DNA from: an uncultured Gammaproteobacteria bacterium
GTDB taxonomy: Bacteria; Pseudomonadota; Gammaproteobacteria; UBA6002
DNA: 64,000 nucleotides
Direction: 5' to 3'
Assembly: GCA_963705725.1 (NCBI GenBank)
Contig: CAVPKM010000013.1
Coordinates: 160,001-224,000 of the forward strand
The notes under the pieces were generated by a model. It ran no database searches, was not told the origin of the DNA, and worked only from the letters and a program-made list of their open reading frames with translations. Every line of letters starts with the position of its first letter. Positions within the stretch are counted from its first letter, which is position 1. The translations under genes were made by a program, and so were the position numbers. This document shows, in pieces, positions 50,448 to 58,634 of the stretch.

Positions 50448-51680
50448 CTAAATCGCTCCTTTTAGCCTGTCTTCGAACAGGATCATAAAACGATTCATGG
50501 CATCACCCCAATTTCGTATTGGCATTGTCCATTTTTTTGAAATATTTTTAAGCGCTAAATATAGCTGCTTCAAAGCCGCATCATCCGAAGGAAAAACGCG
50601 CTTACTTTTAATAACCTTCCGAAGGCTCATATTCACGGATTCAACTGCATTCGTAGTATAAATCGCGCGACGAATTTCAGAAGAGTAGCCAAAAAAAGGC
50701 GTGACATTTTCCCAGTGAGTCAGCCAACTTTTACTGATAGAAGGGTAATGCTCGTCCCACTTCTCGGAAAAAGTAGCGAGACATAATTCGGCTTCATCGA
50801 GTGTCTTTGCGCCATAAATCGTTTTTAAATCCGCCGCCACTTGCTTACGGCTTTTCCAAGGAACATAGCGTAGTGAATTTCGAATCATATGAACAATGCA
50901 AAGTTGAACCTGGGTCTTGGGAAATACCGTTGAAATGGCATCAGGAAAGCCCGTAAGGCCATCAACGCAAGCAATCAAAATATCTCCCACACCACGATGC
51001 TGCAATTCAGATAACACATTGAGCCAAAATTTTGAACTTTCCGTTTGGCTAATCCAAATTCCCAGTAATTCTTTTTGCCCTTCAAGATCTACACCCAAAG
51101 CAAGATAAAAGGCTTTGTTAATCACTCGCTTATCTTCTTTAACTTTGATCATTAAGGCATCAAAGTAAACAATGGGATAAAGTTTATCCAAGGGACGACA
51201 CTGCCAAGTTTTCACTTCCTCAATGACTTCGTTGGTCACATTGGAAATGAAAGTAGGAGAGACTTCTACCCCATAGAGCTCTTGCAATTGCCCCTGTATA
51301 TCACGTGTCGTCATCCCTCTCGCATAAAGGCTGATGATTTTGTCATCAAACCCTTCAAAACGCGTTTGGTTCTTAGCAACAATCTGGGGAGAAAAATCTG
51401 CATTTCGATCTCTCGGTACCTGGATAGTAAATTCGCCATTTTCGCCCTTTAAAGTTTTTTCTGAATATCCATTTCGAGAATTGCCGCTATTCTTACCTTT
51501 AGCCTCATTTTTCTCGTAGCCCAAGTGGCTGCTCATCTCTCCTTGCATGGCCCTTTCCAAAAGTGCCTTCGTCAAGTTTTTCAGAAGACCTCCTTCGCCA
51601 AACATATCTTCTTGGGTTTTGCAGTCCTTAATCAAATTATCTATCATTTGCGGATCAAATGAAGTGAGTTTTGTCGCCAT
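50448..51680 (-). CDS. IS256-family (Mutator-like) transposase
   Basis: VPRDR, YARGMTTRDI, YFDAL, DGLTGF, QLCIVH, YTTNAVES. Confidence 0.96.
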   Translation of the reverse strand: MATKLTSFDPQMIDNLIKDCKTQEDMFGEGGLLKNLTKALLERAMQGEMSSHLGYEKNEAKGKNSGNSRNGYSEKTLKGENGEFTIQVPRDRNADFSPQIVAKNQTRFEGFDDKIISLYARGMTTRDIQGQLQELYGVEVSPTFISNVTNEVIEEVKTWQCRPLDKLYPIVYFDALMIKVKEDKRVINKAFYLALGVDLEGQKELLGIWISQTESSKFWLNVLSELQHRGVGDILIACVDGLTGFPDAISTVFPKTQVQLCIVHMIRNSLRYVPWKSRKQVAADLKTIYGAKTLDEAELCLATFSEKWDEHYPSISKSWLTHWENVTPFFGYSSEIRRAIYTTNAVESVNMSLRKVIKSKRVFPSDDAALKQLYLALKNISKKWTMPIRNWGDAMNRFMILFEDRLKGAI

Positions 51681-51985
51681 AGTCAGTACTCCTTGTTTCA
51701 GTTAGTTTATACTGACTAAATCCAGTTACACAAAAAATTTTATAGCCTCTTACAAAATGGTAGGCAGTTCTGCAGTACGACAATACTTATACATTGATCA
51801 AGACTTTTATAATTGGCTGTTAGATGAAAATCCATTGGCTGCTAAAAACTTAACAAGCATGTGCGATCGTCGAAAGGTTATTAATAAGAGTAAAGGAAGG
51901 AAGGGCATATTAATTGCTCACGATAAGGTGAAAGTGAAAGATTGCACAAAGGATTATCGATTTTTCGGACGTGCGGTAGCCAGCA

Positions 51986-52921
51986 CTAGGTTGAATGATA
52001 AAACCTATAATTTATCTGTGGTAAACGGATATAAAAGTAATCATAAAACGGTAACCATTCAGCGGAAGCGTTAGAAGTCGCTAAGGTCCATATTGCGTGA
52101 TGGGCAAGGTAAAATTGGAAAATGGGTAAAAGCATGTGTACGCCGACTAAGAACAGCATGGCTGCAAATAGCTTTTGCAGGTGTTTAACTGGTAATTGAT
52201 GTGCAGCTGCTGCGCCCAAAGGTGCAGTAGGGATGCTTCCAAGTACTATGCCAATGAAGGCTGGCCAGTAGATCAGGCCGCTTGACCACTTGGGTAAACC
52301 CGTGAAATGCCAGCTGGTAATGATAAATCCAATGGTGCCGCAGAGAGAAAGTGGTAGTCCGATTGCAGCTGCAGTTGCGACAATATTTCGCATGGGATAC
52401 CGATACCAGTTAAGTACCACAGTCACTAAACTTCCACCCGCAATTCCTAAGATCGATGAAATTGTGCCAATCAATACTGCTAAGCTAAAAAAATGTGGAT
52501 GAGGAGCAGGTGCTGCTTTCCCCAGCCTTGGGGTAAAAATCATTTGTATGGACATGAGTAAACAAAATATAGCGAAAAAAGATTTCAGCTGGATTCCCGA
52601 TAAAAATGTTGCGAATAAGGGTCCAAGTATTAAGGCGCCAACGACGACTCCGGGAACAAATGTCTTGAGAACCTGCCATAGAATGGCGCCTCGCTTATGA
52701 TGAGCAAGTGCAGCTAGCAGGGTAGAAATGACGACCGTGGCTAATGAGGTGCCAACGGCTAAGTGCATGGCAATATTTTCAGACAGCGCCATATGGTGAG
52801 TAAAAAGAAAAAGCAAGAAGGGGACAATAAGCATTCCCCCTCCTACCCCTAATAAGCCTGCTAAAAAGCCAGTGATCACACCTAAGAGTAAAAAATAACT
52901 GATTAAGACAAAAAAGTGCAT
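51986..52921 (-). CDS. Sulfite exporter TauE/SafE family membrane protein with a read-through C-terminal extension
   Basis: GLLGVGGG..VP, AVGTSLA, GIAGG, APLGA. Confidence 0.9.
   Translation of the reverse strand: MHFFVLISYFLLLGVITGFLAGLLGVGGGMLIVPFLLFLFTHHMALSENIAMHLAVGTSLATVVISTLLAALAHHKRGAILWQVLKTFVPGVVVGALILGPLFATFLSGIQLKSFFAIFCLLMSIQMIFTPRLGKAAPAPHPHFFSLAVLIGTISSILGIAGGSLVTVVLNWYRYPMRNIVATAAAIGLPLSLCGTIGFIITSWHFTGLPKWSSGLIYWPAFIGIVLGSIPTAPLGAAAAHQLPVKHLQKLFAAMLFLVGVHMLLPIFQFYLAHHAIWTLATSNASAEWLPFYDYFYIRLPQINYRFYHST
52051..52095 (+). repeat. MITE left-end relic
   Basis: gtaaccattcagcggaagcgttagaagtcgctaa versus gtaaccattcagcgcaaatgctagaagccgctaa. Confidence 0.7.
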
Positions 52922-52936
52922 GTTTGAAAAAGGCGG

Positions 52937-53413
52937 TTAAATATATTGAACCTCACCAATTTCATATTCAATAAGGCCGCTGGGTGTTTTTGCTTCAACA
53001 GCGTCACCTTGATGTTTTCCGATGATGGCTCTGGCAATAGGGGAAGTGAAAGAAATCTTTCCACAGCGAATGTCTGCTTCTTCTTCTCCAACGATTTGAT
53101 ATATCATGGTTTCATCGGTTTCAACATTTAACAAGTTTACTGTGGCGCCAAAAACCACTTTACCTGTCTTCTCTAATTTCGTGACATCAATAATTTTGGC
53201 GCGAGACAGGCGGTCCTCTATAAAGCGAATTCTTGCTTCAATAAAACCTTGCTGTTCTTTAGCGGCGTGGTATTCGGCATTTTCTTTCAAATCACCATGA
53301 CTTCTTGCCTCTGCAATTGCCTTAATTACACTGGGTCTTTCAATTTTTTTAAGTCGATCTAATTCTTCACTGAGCTTTGCTGCACCAATGGCTGTCATGG
53401 GTATCTCGTTCAT
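52937..53413 (-). CDS. greA: Transcription elongation factor GreA
   Basis: [27 protein letters not shown]. Confidence 0.97.
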   Translation of the reverse strand: MNEIPMTAIGAAKLSEELDRLKKIERPSVIKAIAEARSHGDLKENAEYHAAKEQQGFIEARIRFIEDRLSRAKIIDVTKLEKTGKVVFGATVNLLNVETDETMIYQIVGEEEADIRCGKISFTSPIARAIIGKHQGDAVEAKTPSGLIEYEIGEVQYI

Positions 53414-53437
53414 AGTGTTCCCTCCTCGTTATCCCGC

Positions 53438-56400
53438 CTAAGAGGCGTGTAAGTCTTGTAGGCAGGTAATGTTGTCGAGGGCATGGTAATCTAGCGAATC
53501 ACATGCAGCCTTCATTCCTGCTAAGGTGGTATAATAACAAACTTTATGTTGAACCGCATTTCGTCTAATCGCAAAAGAATCTGCCATTGCTTGTTCCCCT
53601 TCCGTTGTATTGACGATGAAATGGATTTGATCATTCTTGATCATATCTACGATATGTGGGCGTCCTTCATTGACTTTGAAAATGATTTCACAGGGAATAC
53701 CAAACTTATGGAGCGCATTACCGGTTCCTTGTGTGGCAACAACGCGAAAACCAAGCTTAATCAAGGCGTTAGCTAAATCAACAATGCGATGTTTATCAGC
53801 ATCTTTTACACTAATGAAAGCCGTGCCGCTTTTAGGAATGACATTGTCAGCGCCAAGCTGGGCTTTTGCAAAAGCCTCACTAAAACAACTGCCGATCCCC
53901 ATCACCTCGCCGGTTGAACGCATTTCAGGGCCTAAAATCGGATCTACTCCAGGAAATTTGGCAAAAGGAAAAACCGGTTGTTTAACTGCAAAGTAGTGGT
54001 GAACGATCTCTTGATCATAACCTTGTTCTTTTAAAGATACGCCTACCATGCATTTAGCTGCAATTTTGGCTAAGGGCAGGCCGGTGGCTTTTGCAACAAA
54101 GGGAATGGTTCGGGAAGCTCTTGGATTGACTTCGAGTACATAGACTTCATTATCTTGAATGGCAAATTGTGCATTCATTAGACCGATTACGCCTAGCTCT
54201 AATGCCATCTTGCGCATTTGAGCTTTTAATTTTTCTTGTAGTTCTATTGAAAGGCTATGGGGTGGCAAGCAGCAAGCAGAATCACCGGAATGAATGCCAG
54301 CTTGTTCGATATGCTCCATCACGCCGCTGATCAATACTTCTTTTCCATCGCAAATCGCATCGATATCGACTTCAATTGCATTGTCTAGGAATTGATCAAG
54401 CAATAAAGGAGAGTCGGATGAAACAGCTTTTGCTTCCTTCATGTAGCGTTTAAGTTCACGTTCATTGTAAATAATTTCCATAGCTCGACCTCCTAACACA
54501 TAGGAGGGTCTAACAATCAGGGGATAGGCGAATATATTAGCTAGGCGCAAGCCTTCTTCGACGCTTTTAAGTGTTCCATTTGGGGGCTGTTTGAGTTCTA
54601 GTTTGTTGACTAATTGTTGAAACTGTTCTCGATCTTCGGCCAAGTTAATGGCTTGTGGACTAGTGCCAATTATGTTGACTCCTGCTAGCGCTAGGTCTGT
54701 GGCTAATTTTAGTGGTGTCTGGCCTCCGTATTGAACAATTACCCCCTTTGGATTTTCTAATCGGACTACTTCGAGCACATCCTCTAGTGTGAGAGATTCA
54801 AAATAAAGTCGATCAGAAACATCATAATCAGTAGAAACTGTCTCAGGATTGCAGTTGATCATAATCGTTTCATAGCCCAATTCTCGAATTGCCATTGAGG
54901 CATGAACACAGCAATAATCAAACTCTATGCCCTGTCCAATCCGGTTCGGTCCACCGCCAAGTACAATAATTTTTTCTTTATTTGATGAGGGCCTGGCTTC
55001 ACATTCTTCTTCGTAGGTAGAGTAAAGATAGGCGGTATCAGTAGCAAATTCTGCCGCGCAGGTATCCCCTCTTTTATAGACGGGATGAAGGTTTAAGCTG
55101 TAACGATGTTGACGAAAGGCTTGTTCGCTTACCCCTAATAACTGGGCAAGTCGATGGTCAGAAAATCCCTTTCTTTTTAGGTTAAATACCATGTCTTGAT
55201 CTAAATCAGCGAGCTGTAAACCGGGTAAAGCTTGTTCTGTATTGACTAAATCTTTGATTTGCACTAAAAACCAAGGATCAATAAAGGTGAGTCGATGCAC
55301 TTCGTCCAGGGAAAAGCCGAATCGAAATGCATCAGCGATATACCAAATTCGTTCCCAACCAGCAATACTAAGTTCTCGGCGAATTTCTTCTGCCACCTCT
55401 GTAGTGGTAGTGGGGTTAATGATGGGATCTAGGCCAAAGCTGTTGACTTCAAGACTTCGCAATGCCTTTTGTAACGATTCCTGAAAGCTGCGTCCCATTG
55501 CCATTACTTCACCGACTGATTTCATCTGAGTCGTTAAACGACAGTCTGCGTCTGGAAACTTTTCAAAAGCAAATCGTGGGATCTTGGTTACCACATAATC
55601 AATGGTCGGTTCAAATGAGGCGGGAGTTTGATTGCCAGTAATTTCGTTGCTTAATTCATCCAGCGTATAGCCGACAGCCAGTTTAGCAGCTACCTTGGCA
55701 ATGGGAAACCCTGTTGCCTTTGAAGACAGCGCAGAAGAACGCGAAACCCTGGGATTCATTTCGATCACCACCATTCGCCCATCTTTTGGGTTGACGGCAA
55801 ACTGTACATTGGAACCGCCAGTATTGACCCCAATTTCTCGTAACACCGCGATCGCGGCATTTCGCATGCGTTGATATTCTTTATCTGTTAGAGTTTGGGC
55901 TGGGGCGACGGTAATGGAGTCTCCTGTATGAATGCCCATTGCATCAATATTTTCAATAGAACAAACGATGATGCAGTTATCTTTTTGATCACGAATCACC
56001 TCCATTTCATATTCTTTCCAGCCAATAATCGATTCGTCGAGCAATAGCTCGTGAGTGGGGGATAATTCTAGGCCGCGTTCGCAGATTTCAATAAATTCTT
56101 CGCGGTTATAAGCTATGCCACCACCGCTGCCACCTAACGTAAAAGAAGGGCGAATGATTATCGGAAACCCCAATTCTTTCAAAATATCAAAGGCTTCCTC
56201 CATGTTATGCGCCAAACCTGAACGTGGCATCTCAAGACCAATTTTATTCATGGCTGCTCGAAATTGTTCGCGGTTTTCCGCTTTATCAATGGCTTCATGG
56301 GTAGCGCCAATCATTTCTACATTAAATTTTTTCAACACATTTTCTCTAGCCAGATCGCAAGCACAATTTAACGCGGTTTGCCCTCCCATTGTGGGAAGCA

Positions 56401-56656
56401 AGGCGTCCGGTCTTTCTTTTTCAATGATTTTTGCAACCGCTTCCCAAGTGACAGGCTCTATATAGGTGGCATCCGCTAATTCAGGATCGGTCATAATGGT
56501 GGCAGGATTAGAGTTGACTAGAATGATGCGATATCCTTCTTTTCGCAGTGCTTTGCAAGCTTGTGCGCCAGAGTAATCAAATTCACAGGCCTGCCCAATT
56601 ACGATGGGTCCAGCACCAATAATTAAAATAGATTGAATATCATTTCGCTTCGGCAT
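53438..56656 (-). CDS. carB: Carbamoyl-phosphate synthase large subunit
   Basis: [17 protein letters not shown]; two ATP-grasp domains; MGS domain. Confidence 0.98.
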   Translation of the reverse strand: MPKRNDIQSILIIGAGPIVIGQACEFDYSGAQACKALRKEGYRIILVNSNPATIMTDPELADATYIEPVTWEAVAKIIEKERPDALLPTMGGQTALNCACDLARENVLKKFNVEMIGATHEAIDKAENREQFRAAMNKIGLEMPRSGLAHNMEEAFDILKELGFPIIIRPSFTLGGSGGGIAYNREEFIEICERGLELSPTHELLLDESIIGWKEYEMEVIRDQKDNCIIVCSIENIDAMGIHTGDSITVAPAQTLTDKEYQRMRNAAIAVLREIGVNTGGSNVQFAVNPKDGRMVVIEMNPRVSRSSALSSKATGFPIAKVAAKLAVGYTLDELSNEITGNQTPASFEPTIDYVVTKIPRFAFEKFPDADCRLTTQMKSVGEVMAMGRSFQESLQKALRSLEVNSFGLDPIINPTTTTEVAEEIRRELSIAGWERIWYIADAFRFGFSLDEVHRLTFIDPWFLVQIKDLVNTEQALPGLQLADLDQDMVFNLKRKGFSDHRLAQLLGVSEQAFRQHRYSLNLHPVYKRGDTCAAEFATDTAYLYSTYEEECEARPSSNKEKIIVLGGGPNRIGQGIEFDYCCVHASMAIRELGYETIMINCNPETVSTDYDVSDRLYFESLTLEDVLEVVRLENPKGVIVQYGGQTPLKLATDLALAGVNIIGTSPQAINLAEDREQFQQLVNKLELKQPPNGTLKSVEEGLRLANIFAYPLIVRPSYVLGGRAMEIIYNERELKRYMKEAKAVSSDSPLLLDQFLDNAIEVDIDAICDGKEVLISGVMEHIEQAGIHSGDSACCLPPHSLSIELQEKLKAQMRKMALELGVIGLMNAQFAIQDNEVYVLEVNPRASRTIPFVAKATGLPLAKIAAKCMVGVSLKEQGYDQEIVHHYFAVKQPVFPFAKFPGVDPILGPEMRSTGEVMGIGSCFSEAFAKAQLGADNVIPKSGTAFISVKDADKHRIVDLANALIKLGFRVVATQGTGNALHKFGIPCEIIFKVNEGRPHIVDMIKNDQIHFIVNTTEGEQAMADSFAIRRNAVQHKVCYYTTLAGMKAACDSLDYHALDNITCLQDLHAS

Positions 56657-57806
56657 ATCTCACCCTACTTTTGACCAATTCGACAAAGTGATCGAACAAT
56701 TTTTGTATATCATGCGGTCCAGGACTCGCTTCTGGGTGTCCTTGAAAACCAAACCAAGGTTTCTGGTTATGGTAAATACCTTGTAATGTCCCATCAAAAA
56801 GCGATCGGCTGGTTACCTGAAGATAGGCAGGAAGCGATTTTTCTTCAACGGTGAAGCTGTGGTTTTGGCTGGTAATAAATACTCGTCCAGTTTTTTCATC
56901 CCAGATGGGATGATTGGCGCCATGATGGCCAAATTTCATTTTCACCGTACTCGCTCCGCATCCCAGAGCAAGCAGTTGATGGCCAAGGCAAATACCAAAA
57001 AGGGGTAAGCTTTCATTTTCAAGCTGTTGAATTGCGTTAATTGCATAGTGACAAGCGGCTGGATCTCCAGGGCCATTGGATAAGAAAATTCCGTCCGGTT
57101 CGAGGGATAAAGCAGTTTCAATCGGGGTGGTGGCAGGAACCACGGTAAGACGGCAGCCGCGATCCACCAACATGCGCAAAATGCTTCTTTTTACACCAAA
57201 ATCATAGACAACCACATGCCAAGGCAAGTCATCAGCTTGGTAGGATAGGTAACCTTCTGGCCATCGCCAGCTTCCTTCGAGCCAAGTATAAAGATTTTTT
57301 GTGGTGACCTTAATTGCTAAATCCATTCCGCTTAAACCAGGAAAAAGCTGGGCTTCTTTAAGTGCTTCGTGTTTGCAAATGGCATTACCTGTCACAATCG
57401 TGCCGTTTAATGCACCTTTTTCACGAAGTAATCGAGTCAGTTTCCTGGTATCGATATCGGCAATGGCGACGATACCATTTTGTTTGAGGTAGTCTGGAAG
57501 TGGTGTTGTTGAACGCCAGTTACTGGCAAGTAGGGGAAGGTTGCGGATGACCAAACCTGCCGCCCATACTTGATTGGATTCTGCGTCTTCAGGATTCGTT
57601 CCAACATTACCAATATGGGGATAAGTTAAGGTGACGATTTGCTTCGCATAGGAGGGATCGGTTAAGATTTCCTGGTAGCCAGTCATGCTGGTGTTAAAAA
57701 CAACTTCACCTACTGTCCTTCCCTCAGCACCAATCGAGATTCCTTCAAATAGACTTCCATCTTCGAGAGCAAGAATAGCTGGCTGTTTCAAAAAACCTCC
57801 GAACAT
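56640..57806 (-). CDS. carA: Carbamoyl-phosphate synthase small subunit
   Basis: [40 protein letters not shown]. Confidence 0.97.
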   Translation of the reverse strand: MFGGFLKQPAILALEDGSLFEGISIGAEGRTVGEVVFNTSMTGYQEILTDPSYAKQIVTLTYPHIGNVGTNPEDAESNQVWAAGLVIRNLPLLASNWRSTTPLPDYLKQNGIVAIADIDTRKLTRLLREKGALNGTIVTGNAICKHEALKEAQLFPGLSGMDLAIKVTTKNLYTWLEGSWRWPEGYLSYQADDLPWHVVVYDFGVKRSILRMLVDRGCRLTVVPATTPIETALSLEPDGIFLSNGPGDPAACHYAINAIQQLENESLPLFGICLGHQLLALGCGASTVKMKFGHHGANHPIWDEKTGRVFITSQNHSFTVEEKSLPAYLQVTSRSLFDGTLQGIYHNQKPWFGFQGHPEASPGPHDIQKLFDHFVELVKSRVRYAEAK

Positions 57807-57976
57807 AATAATATAGAGAGAAATGATTATGGGATTGATTGGGCTGGAAGAATATTCTACCGAAATAGAATAAAAAGTCTAGGGATATCTACGCATTTCA
57901 CTTCAAAAATCAGTTTCTCTTGAGTATCGCCTGAAAGATAAGGTATCATACCTTCCCTCTCAACTGCTGAGAGGAA

Positions 57977-58004
57977 GTAATTATTCAGCTCTGAACGTAT
58001 AGCC
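57977..58004. repeat. Possible collapsed MITE relic
   Basis: gtaattattcagc (TIR-like) followed by tctgaacgtatagc (arm-like). Confidence 0.35.
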
Positions 58005-58067
58005 ACGTTGATTGATGTGCTGAATAGGTACGGAAGCAATAATTTTACAACAACATGGAGATCTCTC

Positions 58068-58433
58068 ATGAAGTTCATTAAAGTGTTAGTTCCCGTCGTT
58101 CTGACTGGACTTCTTTCATTTTCCGCCTTCGCAGCTGACGAGCAAAATACTCAAATGCAAGGACAGGCACAAGCCAGTCAAGCGAATGAACAATTAGCTG
58201 CTGATACTTCAACCAGTCCAAGCAATGAAGGCGCACAAGCGGGCGAAGAAGAAAAATCGAAAACCGTTCACCTTCGTCATAAAGGTAAAAAATGCAAATG
58301 CAAATGCCAAGGTATGCATAAAGGTAAAAAAGGCCATCATGCCAAAGAACAGCAACAAGCAAATGCAAATGGCGCTGAAGCAGGACAACAAGCTCAACCT
58401 GAACAAAATCCAGTCGCTAATTCAAATTCATAA
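58068..58433 (+). CDS. Small secreted low-complexity protein with a Cys/His/Lys-rich core
   Basis: GGAG RBS; signal peptide MKFIKVL..SAFA; HLRHKGKKCKCKCQGMHKGKKGHH. Confidence 0.8.
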   Translation: MKFIKVLVPVVLTGLLSFSAFAADEQNTQMQGQAQASQANEQLAADTSTSPSNEGAQAGEEEKSKTVHLRHKGKKCKCKCQGMHKGKKGHHAKEQQQANANGAEAGQQAQPEQNPVANSNS

Positions 58434-58565
58434 CACCCCTTCGCCTCAAATTAACCGCGGTTCGATTGAATAAATCGTTCCGCGGCTCAGTTTCTACGTC
58501 GTCCCCCGGGTTCCTCTCATGCTTAATCTGCATCTTTAATATTTTTATTTAAAATTAATGATACA

Positions 58566-58598
58566 TTTAATATTTAGTTAATTATTTAGCTGTAAGCT
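58566..58598 (+). promoter_or_regulatory. PmrA-like box plus -10
   Basis: tTTAAtaTTtagTTAAttaT-N7-TAAGCT. Confidence 0.6.
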
Positions 58599-58634
58599 GA
58601 ATTTATGGTAAATATAAATTTGGTTGAGGCTGTT

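Larger units (their letters stand above)
50021..51749 (-). mobile_element. IS256-family element with a duplicated 3' end
   Basis: Imperfect TIRs ggtagcgtaaataattttgtgtaa / ttacacaaaaaattttatagcctc; 8-bp TSD ttacaaaa at 50013-50020 and 51750-51757. Confidence 0.95.
48442..52074 (+). pseudogene. About 630-aa TPR-like effector/toxin gene split by IS256
   Basis: Removing the IS and one TSD fuses ..SESLVYK to MVGSSAVRQ.. in frame. Confidence 0.85.

Noticed and set aside
57850-57975. Riboswitch or sRNA upstream of carA (hairpin ctctca-actgc-tgagag, ctttcagg)
   Set aside because: The conserved cores of glycine or other known riboswitches could not be matched by eye; an Rfam scan would be needed.
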